A stretch of 64,000 bases of DNA from Dicyema japonicum (taxonomy: Eukaryota > Animalia > Dicyemida): contig RDEW01000076.1 of assembly GCA_011109175.1 (NCBI GenBank), positions 62,001 to 126,000 of the forward strand. Direction: 5' to 3'. Made by a program: the position numbers and the translations under genes. A model generated the notes under the pieces. It did no database searches. It was not told the origin of the DNA and saw only the letters and a program-made list of their open reading frames with translations. This document shows, piece after piece, positions 61,757-64,000 of this stretch; the stretch's first letter is position 1, and every line of letters starts with the position of its first letter.

Positions 61757-62209
61757 TAAACGATCACACGTCAAAAAACACGAGATTTAAATTCGATTAT
61801 AATTAAATCTATTTAAAAAAAACATCATATATAATAGAATAAACATCCTACAATGTTTAATCAAATTTTTGAATTTATTATAATATCCATCTTCTTATTT
61901 TTGTGGGCGACTTTTCGCTAGATCACTCATTTACAGACTACATCATATGCTGCTCAGAAGAAAAATAGTTCCTAAGGTTTTCGAATTGTTCGTTGTTAAA
62001 TGCTTACTGATGACGACGTCACTCGTCAAGCCAATGCCCCGTAGATGTGTGGAACCTTCAGCCGGAGTATACAGAGATTCGGACAAGGGGTCATCAGGCC
62101 TTTTGCTCGGTCTATTGTATCTCCTGGCATTATGTCTAAAGCACTTGTAGTTAGATAATACCAGAGCGTAATCATGTATTATAAATATCAAATTTATAAT
62201 ATTAATTGA

Positions 62210-63335
62210 ATGCCTTTTAGTAATGAGGAGAGTCAGGAGGGTACTGAGGAGTTAAGCATAATCTCAACTATTAGGAAGCCATGGCCAAATTATAACATTG
62301 AGGATTTTCGTGAATTAGATGAAAACTTGTGGGATATCTGTATCGCTAGAGACGGTCATTTATTAAATAATTTTTTGAAAAATGAGGATATTGATGATTT
62401 TTTACCTGTTTTATCTCCTCCTATCTGTGATAAAGGCTATTTTACTTTCTAATAAAATAGAATCCTTAAGTTTATTGGCTGAGAGCGGAGATAATTTGTC
62501 ATTTGGTCGACCAGCCAAATTATTCTTTCCAGGTTGTTTTACTTGCAATAATAAACTCAGATTTATTAACAACCGATGATAGCAGTGATCTGTTGTCAAC
62601 CTTATCCAACTATTACTGTCATCCAGGTTATTTCCACCCATAAACTCATAGAATTTGTGATGATCAACAATCAAACTGATCTTTGTACCACAGGTTGTAG
62701 TCAAACATATAGTAGACGTAAATACTATAGACATTGACTTGGAGAAGATCTACACTCAAGCTGATCTTAGTTGTACCACAGGTTGTAATCAAACACATGG
62801 TAGACGCAAACACTATCGATGTTGAAAATATTCCCAATTTTTATACGAGTCCTCTGCATTATCCCACATTCGAAACAGACTTCTTAAATTATGAACCTTT
62901 AAATTATAAAGGTTTTGATTTGGGACCTTCAAATAATGAACCTTTTGATTCGGAACCTTCAAATTTTGAGCCGTTAAATTTTGAACCTTTAAAGTTGGAA
63001 CCTGAACCTCCGATTCAGCACAATGTGCTGAAGGAAGTGCAGGAAGAATATAGATTTGCAAAAGGCGGTATTTGTAATTTAATTTAAAAGGCAATCAAAA
63101 AGACCGCGTAAAAACTAAATTGTTTGCTATTTTGTTTGATAAATTCAAGGAATGCATTCCTGAGGCAAAAGTATATACAAAGCCAACAAGACAGATGGTT
63201 ATCGACGAAGCCATCAAATACATATCATTATTACGCACTGATGTAGAAAATGAGAAAAGTAACGTAGAACACGTGGTCGATAACCTCAAAGAACAAGCCA
63301 AGAAAATCATTAACTTAGCTGCACATAGATTTTAA
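62210..63335 (+). CDS. Divergent HLH(-zipper) protein with an acidic pentapeptide-repeat region; 5' exons tentative
   Basis: After intron 63068-63090: LFAILFDKFKECIPEAKVYTKPTRQMVIDEAIKYISLL (HLH pattern F..L...IP...K..I..EAI.YI..L). Upstream EP(S/L)N(F/Y) repeats. Confidence 0.55.
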
Positions 63336-63559
63336 TCTTTAAAATTATTTGACAAAGGTTTTTTAAGCTCAAAACATATTTGTTTACCCCCGCTCCCTTC
63401 AAATCAAGGTAGCAGGCGGGTAACCGGAAAGTAGCTGCAAAAGGGATGAGACCTGGTGATCGTCAGAAATTGAAGGCGGACCAGAAAGAAATGAGTATTC
63501 GCTTTATCTCCGAAAGAAAGACCTTGACACCATTAAAATCAAATTTTCTTCTTAAAAAA

Positions 63560-64000
63560 TTAAGCTGACAACAGCGAGAATACCGATAAATATCCCAACG
63601 TTGAGTAGTCATATAGGAGCCCCTAATATTAAAGACAACCCAACCAGATGTCGATGGGCATTACTCATGAGTCTTAAAATATTATATAAAATGATTAACG
63701 ATATCTACTTCAGTCTGGTGTATGTGTCTCCTCCATCTTGTATACACCCCCCATTTAGAGCAATAGTAATGCGTATATGCGGATTCTGTTGTGATCATTG
63801 ATAAACCAAATTGAGAATTTGGCCCGTTATCTCTTAGACAAATTCCATGAAAATCGAAGCTACCCAGGTTTCTAAGATTACGGAACAATTGACTTTTGGA
63901 AAATCCCAGTCTCCGCTACCTCTGGAATCTTTAATACTTAAGAACTGAAAAACGTGCCGTTGTGACTACGAGGGATCAGTTATACGGCCGATGAGTGTTT
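63560..64000 (-). mobile_element. LINE RT remnant
   Basis: NSQFGL..IT and DIVNHFI motifs in RT order; heavily degraded. Confidence 0.3.

Noticed and set aside
62890-63010. CRISPR-like or satellite array
   Set aside because: It is a degenerate 15-bp coding repeat with no unique spacers; eukaryotic context and no cas genes.
63385-63425. GC-rich hairpin (TTACCCCCGC...GCGGGTAAC) as an HDV-like ribozyme
   Set aside because: No nested double pseudoknot or J4/2 catalytic segment can be assigned.

Overview
Eukaryotic, AT-rich window from a compact metazoan genome. Mapped spliceosomal introns are almost all only 21-29 nt, which points to a highly reduced parasite such as a dicyemid, myxozoan or orthonectid (inference). 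Seven host genes are recognisable: an L-type calcium channel alpha1 (Cav1; 31 mapped introns in 5.5 kb), COG4, SRPRA, NDUFA13, a class C GPCR, ABCF1 and a divergent HLH protein. They sit as islands in dense transposon debris: Jockey/I-like LINEs, RTE LINEs, CRE-like RLE retrotransposons, Ginger-type integrase transposons, pogo, Tc1/IS630, probable Merlin and hAT remnants, and MITEs. There is also a decayed 28S rRNA fragment. The best-supported structural observations are: (i) a TSD-bounded CRE-like element with an N-terminal PHD finger; (ii) a 4-kb Ginger-type element with ~50-bp TIRs and a 5-bp TSD, holding a nested RTE and a Tc1; (iii) two introns whose 3' ends are not AG. Caveat: single-base losses in homopolymer runs break several conserved genes, so the assembly probably carries long-read errors. 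Frameshifts and odd splice sites need read-level confirmation. I cannot claim a demonstrably new biological system from sequence alone.
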